Shown here in pieces: positions 38,805 through 53,600 of a DNA stretch of 64,000 nucleotides. The position numbers and the translations under genes are program-made. How positions within the stretch are numbered: position 1 is the first letter of the stretch; each line of letters starts with the position of its first letter. Source of the stretch: Mizuhopecten yessoensis (Eukaryota); NCBI RefSeq assembly GCF_002113885.1, contig NW_018405529.1, forward strand, positions 415,446 to 479,445, given 5' to 3'. A model generated the notes under the pieces. That model was given only the letters and a program-made list of their open reading frames with translations. It was not told the origin of the DNA and did no database searches.

Positions 38805-38925
38805 GCGTCCGTCCGTGTATCTTTATAAGTGTGTCCATGCGTCCGTCCGTGTATCTTTAAAAGTGTGTCCCTGCGTCCGTCCGTGTATCTTTAAAAGTGT
38901 GTCCCTGCGTCCGCCCGTGTGTCTG
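38805..38925. repeat. Short tandem repeat (~34 bp x3) with a GTCC core
   Basis: gcgtccgtccgtgtatcttta(t/a)aagtgtgtcc repeated. Confidence 0.8.
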
Positions 38926-39649
38926 TTGGTGAAAAGATATGTATATGATAGCTCACGAACTCGTAACAGATTAAGTGTAGAGAATAAATGGCTAAAGGTC
39001 ATACATGGACAGTTTGGTGGTGTACTATGTGAGTCTCTGTTGACTTTGATTATTTTGTGTGGTGAATGGGAAAAGAAACGCAACGGCGAAAAATGCTCCC
39101 TAGAAACGTGATCAAAACTTTACATCGACATTTTCTTCTGACGAAGCCGTATTAAGTAAGACCAGTAACTAAGTCCGTCGTCCCGACGACAGTTTTAATA
39201 AGCGGTGAAAGAATTTATACCCTGAACAAAGAATAAAGCATTGATTTACAAGAAATTTACGTCTTGATTTCCTTCATTTTCAGCATAAAGAATTGGCCTT
39301 CAAAGATTACGAATACGCTTATACATTTGGTGTACATAGGTCGACTATTAGCCGTCTTGCCCAAAGACTCCATGTCACAGGGAAACTTGCACACGTTCCG
39401 AAACACTCGTCCTTGTGTGGCGACTCCTTGAGGTGGAGAGAAAAATAAGAATTTCACACTTGCACAACCACTTTCGGTAACGGAAACAGCAGGAATCATA
39501 ATAGTGCGTCATCGTTATGCAATTGATGCAAAACTACCTAATCGTTTACACGCATTTGTTTTTATGCCGTTGTACATGATGACTTACAGGCAAAGCTTAA
39601 TACATGCGAATTTAGATGCTGAACATACACTTTGTAAAACCTTTCTAAA

Positions 39650-40170
39650 TACAATGCTGAAAATGTGTCATGTTCTCGGATGATTAGGGAGAGTTACTTT
39701 ACCACGCAGACGACCAACGCCGTGGCTAAAGACGAGTCCATGAGAACTAGTCAGATATATTATACAGAACGACCAATTTGAGGGAGGTCCCTTATTGCAT
39801 CTGCAGGAATCGTGATTGGTTTAATGGATCTCTTGACCTTTATTCAGGGAAATGCTGCGGCAACCTGGGTCAGAAGTCAAGTTATAGCGCCGTGTGTTGC
39901 TCCTCTGGTACAGCAGCGTCAACCGCAGGATACAGCGAAGATCGATCATGATAACCTAGCAGCACACAATGCCCTCATCCCAGCCTGACCACAATACAGC
40001 CCCGAGCTTTCCCCTATGAGAAGGATAAGACGAACGCCGAATTATCTGGTCCATGGCGCTCAGTTGATGTAATTGTCAGAGGAGGAATGGAATGGTATAC
40101 CAATGCAGAGGTACACTATTCATATCTATGTGATACAAGACGGGGTCTATGGAGCCATAGCAGTTCCACC
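39650..40170 (+). pseudogene. Highly decayed Tc1/mariner transposase relic
   Basis: Remnants read VMFSD (gtcatgttctcggat), F.GG (tttgagggaggt) and *PQYSPELSPM (like WPxxSPDLSPIE) in the expected order. Confidence 0.55.
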
Positions 40171-40643
40171 ACAGCTGCACGATATTGATGGGATTGGAAC
40201 CTACTTCTTTTCGAGAGGGGTGTTCTTCTATTCAACGCCGAATTTGACAGGGTTATGTAGCGGGATGCTATAAACGACAGAGTGATCACCTACCTTTCAT
40301 TCTAACACTGATTCGTTTGATCAACGCGTGTTTTGATTGGATACGGATCATGTTCTAATTTGCGATAGAATCATGATCAATCGTGGTAAGCTCATCCCAT
40401 CGAACTTAAGCCACGTCCCGTTTCTAACCAAAACAAAATGGCGTCAAGCTCGCCTCTAAACGAATTCCCGTTGATAAGGTTAGCAAAAAAACGAACAGAA
40501 AGGACCGATGAAATGTATTTGTTGATTAAATTAAAAAGTAAAAAGTAAACATTCCTTGTTCTAACCTCCATTTATTTCTGAAACGTTCGTTCCATCCGTG
40601 TGAAGGCATCTAGTTAGATTCATTTGATTTCGGTGTGTTAGAA

Positions 40644-40790
40644 TGGAGATAGCACGTTGTTTTTCGTGTCAATACTGGCGATTGGAACATCAAATTTGGT
40701 TTGAAAATTGACCTATCGGTCTCGAGTTCAAACCAAATTTCATGTTCTAATCGCCAGTATAGCCACTCAAAACAACGTACTATCCCCTAA
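40644..40790. repeat. Imperfect inverted repeat (hairpin)
   Basis: gatagcacgttgttttt...ctggcgattggaacatcaaatttggtttgaa pairs with ttcaaaccaaatttcatgttctaatcgccag...aaaacaacgtactatc. Confidence 0.8.
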
Positions 40791-41926
40791 ATAAAACTTT
40801 AGCTGATCAAGTTTATGTCTTTTTATTACATTTTTATAAATAATTTGACGAACTGATTGCATATAATTTTGAGTCAGTGACGTAATTGAATTGCACAATT
40901 CTTGCCTGATGCATGCCTCTGTAATAGTTCAGATTTTATGAAGTTATTCTCTCTCCAATCCAGGATGTCTATCAAGGAGCCATGGACTGCCTGACAGTAG
41001 GACTGAAACATGTTGATACAGAAATAATGTTTACTATTTCGGTTTCACATGGTAATCTATTTATCTATTAAACACAGTAGTACGGGAGGGGGGAATACCA
41101 TAGATAGGCCATGTTTTGGGGCAGCCGATCTACATATGTATATAAAGACTAACGGAGAAGTTAAATCCATGATATTATGATTAATCTTCAACTGTCGACG
41201 CTTGCTGGTGGACTGTAATGTGGTATCTATGAAAACATGATTTTACACAATTTTCATGTTACAGTAGTAGTTTTTGGGAAAATCTAATAAAAAGGACTAA
41301 TAAACAGCTCAAATATCTCAAAAAAAGGTCAGAACTCCAATCCTCGTTCATATATGGAATCTCTACGTCACAAATGCAGGACAAATAAGCTTAGTTAGAA
41401 AATAAGACATATGGGTTTGTAGAAGTGTGGATCCATCTTACTTCTATGTGTAAGGTGGGTCGGACGTGTGACCGTTTGATACACAAACAAAATATATGTA
41501 ACATGGGCATCTGTGTTAAGGATATCCTGTATTAAACTTTTTTCCTTATATGCATTTCAATTTTGGAATAAGGAGTTAATTGCATAATAGAATATGCAAC
41601 AGAAAATTAGATGGCCCTGTGTTCTTTTTTGACGCTATGATTGGTCAAAGATACCAATTTATCTGAGTTTAGGTGATTGTTTTGTTTTTGATCATTTGCA
41701 GTTCAAATTCATACAATATTTTCAAATGTGTGTTATCAGATATGTATGAATGCTATCAGATTTGATGAAAATAGTATTTTCTGTTCAATTATAGAAGTTT
41801 AATTCCTTCGTTTTATTCTTTTAACTCAGAAAAGTGAGTTAAGTTTCCCCTACCCCTTATTTGATAATTAAAAAGTACTCACTTTTCACAACTTTTTTGC
41901 AGATTTTACGTTTGATTTAAATAGTT

Positions 41927-42185
41927 CTGGAGCCGTATTAGAGAAACTGTTCTCATGCTCAAGCATGGGTTCTGTGCTCAAGCCTTTTTTCTTGTTCCGT
42001 TTATGAATTAATAATGAAATCTAATTTTGTCAAGGATTTGGAGGGAAATGAAGATACTTAAATCTAAATGCTGTTTTCAAAGTTCACGTTGACTTTATGA
42101 TCGTTTGACATGATTTAAGTGACTTACAGAAAGAGCACACAATTCATGATTGGGCATGAGAACGGTTTCGTTAATACGGGCCCAG
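41927..42185. mobile_element. MITE with ~35-bp TIRs (Harbinger-like ends)
   Basis: ctggagccgtattagagaaactgttctcatgctcaa pairs with ttgggcatgagaacggtttcgttaatacgggcccag. Confidence 0.7.
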
Positions 42186-42809
42186 GTACTTAACCTCTTT
42201 TAGTATTTAATGAATAAAAAAAAATGTGTTTTTCTCTTTCTAAAACGGCCACAAAATGAGGGTCCATGTGCTTCTTTTTGTCCAATTATTATTTGTGCTA
42301 TTTTGCATCAATCCTTGGTTGTTTCTCGCCGCTGACAAACAAGTAACACGAGCCCTCGAAGTATAACCAGCCGTTCCAACTAATACGCCTGAGACACATA
42401 AAAAGAAAAGTATAACGTATTTCAAAAATAAACAACAAGTGATGCAAGGATTATGTTTATGTGATGTTCTTGATATATGTATAAAAACAGAAAACAGTAG
42501 TTCCAAACTGTTACTCCCCGAGCCCCTTTGCTTATTCAGTCTCTCCAGAAGAGAAATACATGTACAGTCACAAATAATCATCAACAATGAAGACATCCTA
42601 ATAATAGAACAAATGCTAATTACTTCACACTAGTTAACAGAATACCTCTGGTGCCACAATACAAAAATGAATTTCATACATGCAAGTACTTACAGGGGAA
42701 TTTAAAAAAAAAATAGGGATAGATATATCAATATTCCTTTTTCTTACATTTATTTAGAACAATTTTAAAGAGATAAAATATCGTGCAGTAATTCAATTGC
42801 AACTGACTA

Positions 42810-43001
42810 TAGGGCCGTTTTCGTTTAAACGGTTGAACCTGTCGGACCACAATTGTTCGTTTATTAAATAAGGTCGGACCTAGTAATCTGATGCTGTTTT
42901 CAGGCGAGCCTTGACAATGCCTTGTAAGGCCTGCATATACCCGAAATTGTTACATTTACAAACAGACAAACCGGTTGTTCTGCATAAACGAACAGGCCCT
43001 A
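42810..43001. mobile_element. Small diverged MITE
   Basis: tagggccgttttcgttta...taaacgaacaggcccta form imperfect TIRs. Confidence 0.5.
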
Positions 43002-43294
43002 GGTAATGCATTAATATATTTTTTCCTTGAATAACTTAAAGTAAGCCCCTGTACAAATATTTTGAACGGGGTGGACTGAAAACAAATCACTTGAACATTC
43101 ATGCATTAGCTTATTTACATTCAATACTGTAAGACAATAATAGTATATTAAGTGAAAAAAGTCATAACAGTTTTTGTAAATTACGGTATAGATACGTATG
43201 TGCCTTTACTTAGCAAGTGTGAATGTTTATGTAAAACTTGTGTGCTTATAAGAAATAAAAAAAGACCATTTTACAAAATAAAGTCCAAGAAAAC

Positions 43295-43600
43295 GTATGA
43301 GAGACATCGTTTTTATTGAAAGAAAACATGCATGGAAGACATCGTTTGTATTGAAAGAAAAAATGTATGGAAGACATCGTTTGTATTGAAAGAAAAAATG
43401 TATGGAAGACATCTTTTTTATTGAAAGAAAACATGTATGGAAGACATCGTTTGTATTGAAAGAAAAAATGTATGGAAGACATCGTTTGTATTGAAAGAAA
43501 AAAATGTTTGAGAGACATCATCTGTATTGTGAAAAGTTGTAGAAAAATATTTAAGATGTACGTCTAAATGAAAAGTATGAGAGACATCATCTGTATCATG
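43295..43600. repeat. ~35-bp degenerate minisatellite
   Basis: gaagacatcgtttgtattgaaagaaaaaatgtatg units. Confidence 0.9.
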
Positions 43601-44205
43601 TACTCTAGTGCTTCTTAACAGTTTGTTCTGAGAACATGTATAGAACATGTGGTGATCATATTTGCTTGTAAGTACAATGTTGTAATTCATCTTAAGGTTG
43701 TTCTTAAACGGTTATACATTTCACTTAGGTTTCAATGATGTATAATCTATTTATTGGTGTTTTGTATTGATTTTTTCTCAATATTAATGTTAATAATAAA
43801 ATTATAATTTAACAAACAAATCGCTTGTTTTATATATAAGTCAATTCTCTCTACATTCAGATATACAATCTGACACCGACTCTTTGTTATACATGCCAAA
43901 AATGAGAGATAACGTTTTGTCATAGTTATTAAGCTGATAGTAAACAACACTTTGTATATAGACACCAAAGGTCGGTATAAACTGATGTATATAAAACATC
44001 TTAATAGATAATCACTATTTATAATCGTTTCGAGGCGTAGGAATGAGGTAATGTTGTAAACATTTACGATCCTATATACACCTGATAATACTTTTTTGTG
44101 AGATAAGGTCATCACTATGTACGGTAACGTGATTTTATTTATCTCCCCCGGATAAATAGTATTTTATCATGGATACACAGTCCCGTATACGATTAAAGTT
44201 CGGTT

Positions 44206-44480
44206 CAATCACACTAGTTTTCTGATGATGACTTCCTGTGTAAGACGGACTCAATCACACTAGTTTTCTGATGATGACTTCCTGTGTAAGACGGACTCAA
44301 TCACACTAGTTTTCTGATGATGACTTCCTGTGTAAGACGGACTCAATCACACTAGTTTTCTGATGATGACTTCCTGTGTAAGACGGACTCAATCACACTA
44401 GTTTTCTGATGATGACTTCCTGTGTAAGACGGACTCAATCACACTAGTTTTCTGATGATGACTTCCTGTGTAAGACTGAC
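44206..44480. repeat. 46-bp tandem repeat x6
   Basis: caatcacactagttttctgatgatgacttcctgtgtaagacggact, contiguous copies. Confidence 0.95.
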
Positions 44481-44674
44481 ACAACAAACGACTCTGTTGG
44501 TTGAAATGTCTGTTACACTGATGTCTTCTTTCTTAATATGATCGATCTGAGCTTGAGCCATTGAATGTGTCGTACAAACTCTTCACTCGATATATATATG
44601 TATTGTAGGTCCACTCTAGGTCCCTCGGATGGACTTTATCAACCTGGATCTTGCATGGATCATGAGCGGACCGT

Positions 44675-45070
44675 GACTGGACTTTTCCCTGGACATGCCT
44701 GGAGCTTTACCTTCCCTTACTTTAACACTAAACTGGACTGACTGGACCCTGTCTGGACTGACTGGACCTTGCCTGGATCTTACCTGGACCTTGCCTGGAT
44801 CTTACCTAGACTTGCCTGGACCTTTACCTTCCCTTACTTTAACATTAAACAGGACTGGCTGGACCTTGCCTGGACTGACTGGACCTTGCTTGGACCTTAC
44901 CTGGACCTTGCCTGGACCTTTACCTTCCCTTACTTTAACGCTAAACTGGACTGACTGGGCCTTACCTGGACCTTGCCTGGACCTTATCTGGACCTTGCCT
45001 GGACCTTGCCTGGACCTTATATGGACCTTGCCTGGACCTTACCTGGACCTTGCCTGGACTGACTGGACCC
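44675..45070. repeat. 11-bp (cctggaccttR) satellite with a higher-order repeat
   Basis: cctggacctt(g/a) units with three cctttaccttcccttactttaac blocks. Confidence 0.9.
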
Positions 45071-46699
45071 TTTTACACCCTTACTATTCATCTACTTACA
45101 GATGTTAACATTTGCTCTACACTTCAAATATATAAACCTACCAAAGTCAATTTTGATTTCTGAAGAAAAAATCCAGAATTATCTTTATGATGTCATTACT
45201 ACTGTAATACGGGCTGTTGGCTGCAGAGGGAAAAAAATCGATTTATTTAAAAATAAGTATTTAACTACAATTGTGTTCAGAGTTATAAGTGTGTTATTCT
45301 TAACAGGATTGCAGGCAAATATTCATTAAGCGCTAACGCGCGTTATTCAGTTCTCTGTTCAGAATTATGAGACTATAATTCTGAAGAAAATGCAGTTTAA
45401 TGTTTAAAAAATATTTACGTTTATAAGTCTCTTTCCAAGGACAGGATCAATACGGTATTACTATTGCATGGAATCGACTTTTCACATGTACTGCCTTCGA
45501 CTCTACATTTTTATGGAGCAAACCCTACATAATATATGTCCCGTTCAATTCTACTCTTGTGATATATAAAGAGAACATTTACTACAGCTTCAATCCATGT
45601 GTCCTTCTCCCTGGTGACAAAAACATAACACGATCCATCGTAGTAAGACCAGCCCTTCCTGCAGTGAATAGTCCGTGTGGTGTTACGTGGCAAACCTAAA
45701 TTACATAAAAACAAGATTGGTAAAATATCAAGCTTCAACAAGCCTTCTAAAAGATGGTTTGGCCATCCTAACTGTTAATCTAAGAATCAATCATAGTTAA
45801 ATACCCTGCTTCGACATATAATTGGGATATATTTAGACGTTGTAGTTCAGTCATAACTCAGAATTCCTCTGTCGTTCACATCGATATTTCAGGAATCAAG
45901 CCAAAAAATGTATTAATGTTATACTACAAATACCTGTCCAGGGGTTTGGCCAGAAACCAGGATTAATCCTATTAGCATATGTGTATCGGTTTTGGATCTC
46001 AAGCATTTCCATGCTATGACCTAGGGACTTAGTCCCAATTGGCGAGGACAGACCAAGGGGGCTAATTCTGATAGTATACTTGTGTACGTCTCTTCATTTC
46101 CAGCAAACAGACATGGGGCTAGCTATTTGATTGGTAATGTAATTATTTAAACTACACATTACATTGGGAAAAGAAGCATAACCATTACCATTACCATATC
46201 ATGGTTTTATTGATGTAATTAATTAAATTACAAGTACACTGTCAATGTTTTTTTTTAAATAAACAAACGAGTGAGAGAGTAACATAAATGTGGGTTTAAT
46301 ACGTTCATTATAATATATATATATATACATTATAAACATGAATGCACTCCATATACCTGTTCCGTGTTGGTATTTGAAAAAAAATATATTATCATGATTA
46401 TACACTGTAGTTTAACTAGTTTCACATAACATGACTTCATCACATATATCTAATATTGGGCCGGGGTCAAAGCCATTCCAAGTTATGACCTATGAACTAA
46501 TGTCCCAGGGGCTAGGCAGATCTGGCAGTATATTTGTATTAGTTTCTCATGCTAAGCATTTTCATATTCTTTCTACTTTCTATGTGATGGACTGGGGTCG
46601 ACCACGATGCCAGTATCTACATAATTATTCATTCCAGCCCAGCAATCGCATATAGGGTTATAAGGTTTGGATCTCGGCCGTTTCCATATTATGACACAG

Positions 46700-47157
46700 G
46701 GACATAATCCAAGGGTTGGCCGGAGCAAGAGGCAATTTTTCTGTCCTAGGGCTTGGATTTTAACCATTTCTAACGTACGTATATAAGCCGCTTTGGCCCT
46801 GTCCCTCAGCAGCCGTGGGGTCAGCCATCCCTATGTACAATTGGGAATCCCCACTCGAAGAGCAAACCTCCAACCAAATATGGTTGACACTATCTCATAG
46901 TTCCAGAAAAAGAGACGATTGAACCAATGGGGCTAATTTACTTGTGGATGGTCCTGTCCTTCTCCCATCCCTATGAAGGGAGGATCAGTCCCTCTACTTG
47001 TACAATTTCGAATCACCTTCACTTAAGGAACCTTCAAGACGAGTTCGGAGAAACCGTTCAGTGCTTTCGAAGTTGTTTAATGAGACTATTGACGGACGGC
47101 CGGTAATGGACGCCACGCATAATAACCTCATCTTGGTCTCACACCAGGTGAGCTAAA
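46700..47157 (+). mobile_element. 3' part of a diverged HINE/pearl-like element
   Basis: A gacggacggccgg microsatellite remnant is followed by ...caccaggtgagctaaa, preceded by degenerate satellite-like units. The 5' boundary is uncertain. Confidence 0.55.
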
Positions 47158-47429
47158 GACGATATAAAGCGTTGGTCTTAGTCCATAATAAGGCATTAAG
47201 TCTGATGCGTTCATACAAAATAGTTTACCAACATTTTAACCTGTCAATTTCTGATTAACAGAACGAAATGGCAAGTTAACTACAGTTCTAAAGTCAGATA
47301 CAATACGGAATGAAGAACAATATATTCTGTAACCATTTCATAGAGCGAGTGTTGGTGTTCTATATCTTCTATCCCAGCTAGGGTCAAAAATAAATAATTG
47401 AGTACTACAGCACATTGTGTAGGATACAT

Positions 47430-48045
47430 ATCCTCGATACTCCAGAGGTAACGCTCACTTACATTTTGTGCAGCAGCACCCCTGTGATATATCAAAACAA
47501 AATTGAAGGCACGCGGCTTGCCATTTGATCAGTTTCAGGTAAAACAAACTAACCAATCGTTAGAATGAAACCTGTCTTTGAAAGACTACAGCTGAGCGAC
47601 ATCCCATTTAAAATCGAGAGCTCCAGATCAATTAAATTATTGCTGTTTGGGGATGATAAGTTGTTTTTTAACTCAGGGTATATCTGAGCAACTCTCCTTC
47701 ACCTCTCTTTCCCTTCTCTTTCCTATTTTCCACTTTTCACTCATACATGTATACGCAACGCATTGCTGCAAATTTCTTTCTCAAACCTCAAATCTCATGT
47801 CTTTCTTCAACTGGAGATGGATCTATAGAAGTTGTAAAACTTGTTTTCAAATTCATTTTCAACAATTGTGTATTGCTTTATATTATACTGTAAATGAAAA
47901 AAGAAATGAAATAAAGTTTATATTAAACTGTTAATGTTCTTATCTCATCCACAATGTGTTGCACCCTTAGCCTTCAGTTCTGTCATGACATATCCAAGTG
48001 GTGCAGAGAGTGAAAGTGGGCGTTACCTCTGGAGTATCAGGAGTA
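47430..48045. mobile_element. MITE with ~30-bp TIRs
   Basis: gatactccagaggtaacgctcactt (~47436) is the reverse complement, with one mismatch, of aagtgggcgttacctctggagtatc (~48014-48038). Confidence 0.75.
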
Positions 48046-49056
48046 TAATAAGTATAACCAATGACAGACGAGCAATACAGATGTACTAACTTCACTGGGT
48101 TTCACAAAATCACAAACAACGCGCATTTAAGATCAATAACACGACAAAAACCGAAAAAACAATACGTTCAAATAAAGAACAGAAACCATTTTTTTTTATC
48201 AAAAATAATTTAATCATTGTCAGCATAAAATGATGACCACAGACCTTTATTGTGTATGTTTTAGGAACTGCTACTTGTAAGGATATAACAATTATAGGTG
48301 AGAATACAGGAAGAGTAACAACAGCAGCCTATAATAATATTGTTTTATGCAGTTCAGCTGAGACAAGTTTTGTCAACAACACAGAAGATTTCTAAAGAAA
48401 CTGCAGTAATACATCAGGAGATTCAAAATACATAGGCCAAGAGTGACGGATATATAGTTAGCTTCAAAATAGAATGTTCTGCTTGTATCCTACATCATAT
48501 TACAGTATATTAACATGTTTATGGATATCAGTTCACGTACATACCCTCCAAATGATTATATGATTCAAAAATAGATTTTACATATAAAAAGAACGTATGA
48601 ATATTAAATAAATTACATAAATATGTGCGATTAAGTACGCAAACATGTAGAAAATATGTATATGTAGAATTAAGTAAGTAAAAAACTGAAGACAGTGTAG
48701 TTGTTTAATTATACTGAGCTAATATTTCACCGTTGTCTCGATCAGAACTAGATGGCAAGATAAAAAATATCACACTGCCAAGGGTTATTCTGCTTGTGGG
48801 TGATGGGATTTATTTTACATGTGTTCTGTGAAATAAAATTAAAAAAAAAAAAAAAAAAGGGGATATTGAATTTTTCATCTCCATTATTTGGCAGTAAACG
48901 GGTAAACAGAATTTTTCTATATTTTAACAATAAATTCACAGGGACTTTAAGTCATGGTATTAATATTCACTGGGTATTTAACTTTGCCAGAACTTTGATG
49001 ACCACGAATATAATAAAATTCCTCATTAATTGTACCAACTTAACATTAGATGATAG

Positions 49057-49840
49057 TATTATTGTATACATGTACCTATTTTTGTATACATGTATCTATT
49101 GCTGTATACATGTACCTATTGCTGTATACATGTACCTATTATTGTATACCTGTACCTATTATTGTATACATGTACCTATTGTTGTATACATGTACCTATT
49201 GCTGTATACATGTATCTATTCCTGTATACATGTACCTATTGCTGTATATCTGTACCTATTATTGTATACCTGTACCTATTATTGTATACATGTACCTATT
49301 ATTGTATACCTGTACCTATTGCTGTATACCTGTACCTATTGCTGTATACATGTACCTATTATTGTATACCTGTACCTATTATTGTATACATGTACCTATT
49401 GCTGTATACCTGTACCTATTGTTGTATACATGTACCTATTATTGTATACATGTACCTATTATTGTATACATGTACCTATTGCTGTATACATGTACCTATT
49501 GCTGTATACATGTACTTATTATTGTATACATGTACCTATTATTGTATAACTGTACCTATTATTGTATACATGTACCTATTGTTGTATACATGTACCTATT
49601 GCTGTATACATGTACCTATTGCTGTATACCTGTACCTATTATTGTATACCTGTACCTATTGCTGTATACCTATACCTATTGCTGTATACATGTACCTATT
49701 ATTGTATACCTGTACCTATTGCTGTATACCTGTACCTATTGCTGTATACATGTACCTATTGCTGTATACATGTACCTATTATTGTATACATGTACCTATT
49801 GTTGTATACATGCACCTATTATTGTATACCTGTACCTATT
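49057..49840. repeat. 20-bp minisatellite x~39
   Basis: tatt(a/g)(t/c)tgtatac(a/c)tgtacc units in exact register. Confidence 0.97.
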
Positions 49841-50682
49841 AACTTTTTCAGGCTTCATATCCACATAACTTGCACTTCTAGCTTTCTTCAACACCAGAGG
49901 AGGAAGGTGTGGCATGCGCTCCTCATTCTGACATTATAACTTTGTAATTTTTCACACTTACAGTAATTTTAGAGATCACAAGCTGAATTTGTTTTTATTA
50001 AACTTCAAAATACTCATCAAAGTCTTTAATGAGATCATGTTGTAAAGGAAAAAAACAAACAGACAGAAAGAGTGAAATGTTATTGTAACTACAGTAAATT
50101 TACTTTATGTTGATGTATTTACACTAAGTTAATGTAAATATTGTATGTTAATTTATATTTTGTATGTTAATGTAACTACTGTTTGTTACAAATGTGTAAT
50201 TGTAAATATATTATGAGTTGAATGATTTGGTTGCTTGCAATGAAACGCATCAGAGATTTAATAAGAAAAAATTATATTTGCATAGTCTGATGAAGGGAGG
50301 TAATTTTCATTATAATCTTATAGCTTTGCACCTCACTTAGTCAGCACAGTGCTCACTTATATTGTACACAAGACAGTGTAACACAAACTTCATCCTTAAA
50401 ACTTAAAAGGTTGAATAAATGCAATTTAAATCAGAAAAAAGATACATGCAAATGCAGAACAAAACACATACAAACTTAAAATAAAATAATTTTGACAATA
50501 AAAAATAAATAAAGGAAAGAAATATTTAAAAATTACTTGAATTATATTTATCTTAGGAATACAGACATGTTTATTTTGAGTGATAATCATAACATATTTT
50601 CAATTCTATGATTTGTTTCAAAAGATCTTTCAGTGCTACAAAAATATTTCAAAGTAAACATTAACAAAAACACTGAAGTAAT

Positions 50683-53600
50683 TTACAGTTCCCTATAATA
50701 CACCAAATAGGAGTACATGATGATGATTCCAGGGCTGTGTTTGGGGTTGGGGTCTGTCCCATTGTACCATCCAAAATAAGACAAAGAGTTATCTGTCCCT
50801 GGTGACGCGAGCTGGTCTGTGACATCAATCACCCATGGCAACACGTTCTGTCCATCACACCAGCCATTTCGGCCATAAAGCCAGGTACCATGCTCGTTTG
50901 GCTCCACTCCATACGGCACTCGATCTGCACATCCAAGAGGAGTACCTACATACACAAATACAACAAAGGGGATATTTATATATATAAACATGCATCAATA
51001 GAAAGTGTCTAAACACTAAAACACATGTCAACAGAGGGGTTCTCTAAACACATAACTATGTGTCAACAGGGGATATCATAAACATATGTCAACAGGGGAT
51101 ATCTTTAAACACATAAACATGTGTCAACAGGGGATATCTATAAACATATAATCATGTGTCAACAGGGGATATCTTTAAGCACATAAACATGTGTCAACAT
51201 GGGATATCTATAAACACATAAACATGTGTCAACAGGAGATATCTTAACACATAAACATGTGTCAACAGGGGATATTTATAAACACATAAACATGTGTCAA
51301 CAGGGGATATCTTAAAACACATAAACATGTGTCAACAGGGGATATCTATAAACACATAAACATGTGTCAACAGGGGATATCTTAAAACACATAAACATGT
51401 GTCAACAGGGGATATCTATAAACACATAAACATGTGTCAACAGGGGATATCTTAAAACACATAAACATGTGTCAACAGGGGATATCTATAAACACATAAA
51501 CATGTGTCAACAGGGGATATCTATAAACACATAAACATGTGTCAACAGGGGATATCTCTAAACACATAAACATGTGTCAACAGGGGATATCTATAAACAC
51601 ATAAACATGTGTCAACAGGGGATATCTTAAAACACATAAACATGTGTCAACAGGGGATATCTATAAACACACAAACATGTGTTAACAGGGGATATCTATA
51701 AACACATAAACATGTGTCAACAGGTGATATCTATAAACACATAAACATGTGTCAACAGGGGATATCTATAAACACACAAACATGTGTTAACAGGGAATAT
51801 CTATAAACACATAAACATGTGTCAACATGGGATATCTATAAACACGTAAACATGTGTCAACAGGGGATATCTTACACAGAAACATGTGTCAACAGGGGAT
51901 ATCTTACACAGAAACATGTGTCAACAGGGGATATCTTGAAACACATAAACATGTGTTAACAGGGGATATCTTTAAACACATAAACATGTGTTAACAGGGG
52001 ATATCTTTAAACACATAAACATGTGTTAACAGGGGATATCTTTAAACACATAAGCATGTGTCAACATGGGATATCTATAAACACGTAAACATGTGTCAAC
52101 AGGGGATATCTTACACAGAAACATGTGTCAACAGGGGATATCTGACACATAAACATGTGTCAACAGGGGATTTCTATAAACACATAAACATGTGTCAACA
52201 TGGGATATCTATAAACACGTAAACATGTGTCAACAGGGGATATCTTACACAGAAACATGTGTCAACAGGGGATATCTTACACAGAAACATGTGTCAACAG
52301 GGGATATCTGACACATAAACATGTGTCAACAGGGGATATCTTACACAGAAACATGTGTCAACAGGGGATATCTTTAAACACATAAACATGTGTTAACAGG
52401 GGATATCTTTAAACACATAAACATGTGTCAACATGGGATATCTATAAACACATAAACATGTGTCAACAGGGGATATCTTACACATAAACATGTGTCAACA
52501 GGGGATATCTATAAACACATAAACATGTGTCAACAGGGGAAATCTATAAACACATAAACATGTGTCAACAGGGGATATCTTTAAACACATAAACATGTGT
52601 CAACATGAGATATCTATAAACACATTAACATGTGTCAGCATGGGATATCTATTAACACATAAACATGTGTCAACAAGGGATATCTATAACACATAAACAT
52701 GTGGCAACAGATGTGATATCAAAACACATAAACATGTGTCAACAGGGGATATCTATAAACATGTGTCAACAGGGGATATCTTTAAACACATAAACATGTG
52801 TCAACATGAGATATCTATAAACACATTAACATGTGTCAGCATGGGATATCTATTAACACATAAACATGTGTCAACAAGGGATATCTATAACACATAAACA
52901 TGTGGCAACAGATGTGATATCAAAACACATAAACATGTGTCAACAGGGGATATCTATAAACATGTGTCAACAGGGGATATCTTTAAACACATAAACATGT
53001 GTCAACATGAGATATCTATAAACACATTAACATGTGTCAGCATGGGATATCTATTAACACATAAACATGTGTCAACAAGGGATATCTATAACACATAAAC
53101 ATGTGACAACAGATGTGATATCAAAACACATAAACATGTGGCAACAGGGGATATCTATAAACCCATAAACATGTGTCAAAGGGGATATCTTAACCCATAA
53201 ACATGTGTCAACAGGGGATAGCTTTACACATAAACATGTGAAAACAGGGGATATCTATAAACACATAAACATGTGTCAACAGGGGATATCTATAAACACA
53301 TAAGCATGTGTCAACAGGAGGAATCTATACACATATAAACATATGTCAACCGAGGATATTTTCACACATAATACGTTTCAACATGGAATTTTAATACACA
53401 CATAAGCATATGCCAACAGATGGGAAATCAATACATACATAAACATGTGTAAACAGGGGGTATCTATACACACGTAAGCATGTATCAACAGACAATATCT
53501 TCACATACAAACATGTGTCAATAGGGGGAATTATTTCATATAAACATGTGTCAACAGATGGGATATCTTAATGCATAAACATGTGTCAACAGATGGGATA

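Larger units (their letters stand above)
38088..45695 (-). pseudogene. C-type lectin paralogue, pseudogene
   Basis: Exons 45695-45583 (CRKGWSYYDGSCYVF...TWIEAV), 41002-40906 (YCQAVHGSLIDILDWRENNFIKSEL; GC donor), 38603-38413 (EGQWIW...DWAPTEP* then a deletion/frameshift removing EDC, then WRDVPC...FICKM) and 38121-38088 (RLDAGTDHVVG*). Exon 1 was not confidently located. Confidence 0.85.

Noticed and set aside
44695-45108. 137-aa W/L/P/G-rich ORF, plus the repeat ORFs at 5054-5581, 53705-54041 and 58652-59145
   Set aside because: Translations of tandem repeats with no independent coding evidence.
45933-46012. Candidate exon 1 of the second lectin (MLIGLILVSG...)
   Set aside because: The hydrophobic frame ends in phase 0 while exon 2 needs phase 1, and the region resembles a nearby repeat. 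Left unassigned.
48794-49939. Long Tyr/Cys/Leu-rich ORFs of 125-272 aa
   Set aside because: They are translations of a 20-bp minisatellite open in all three frames.
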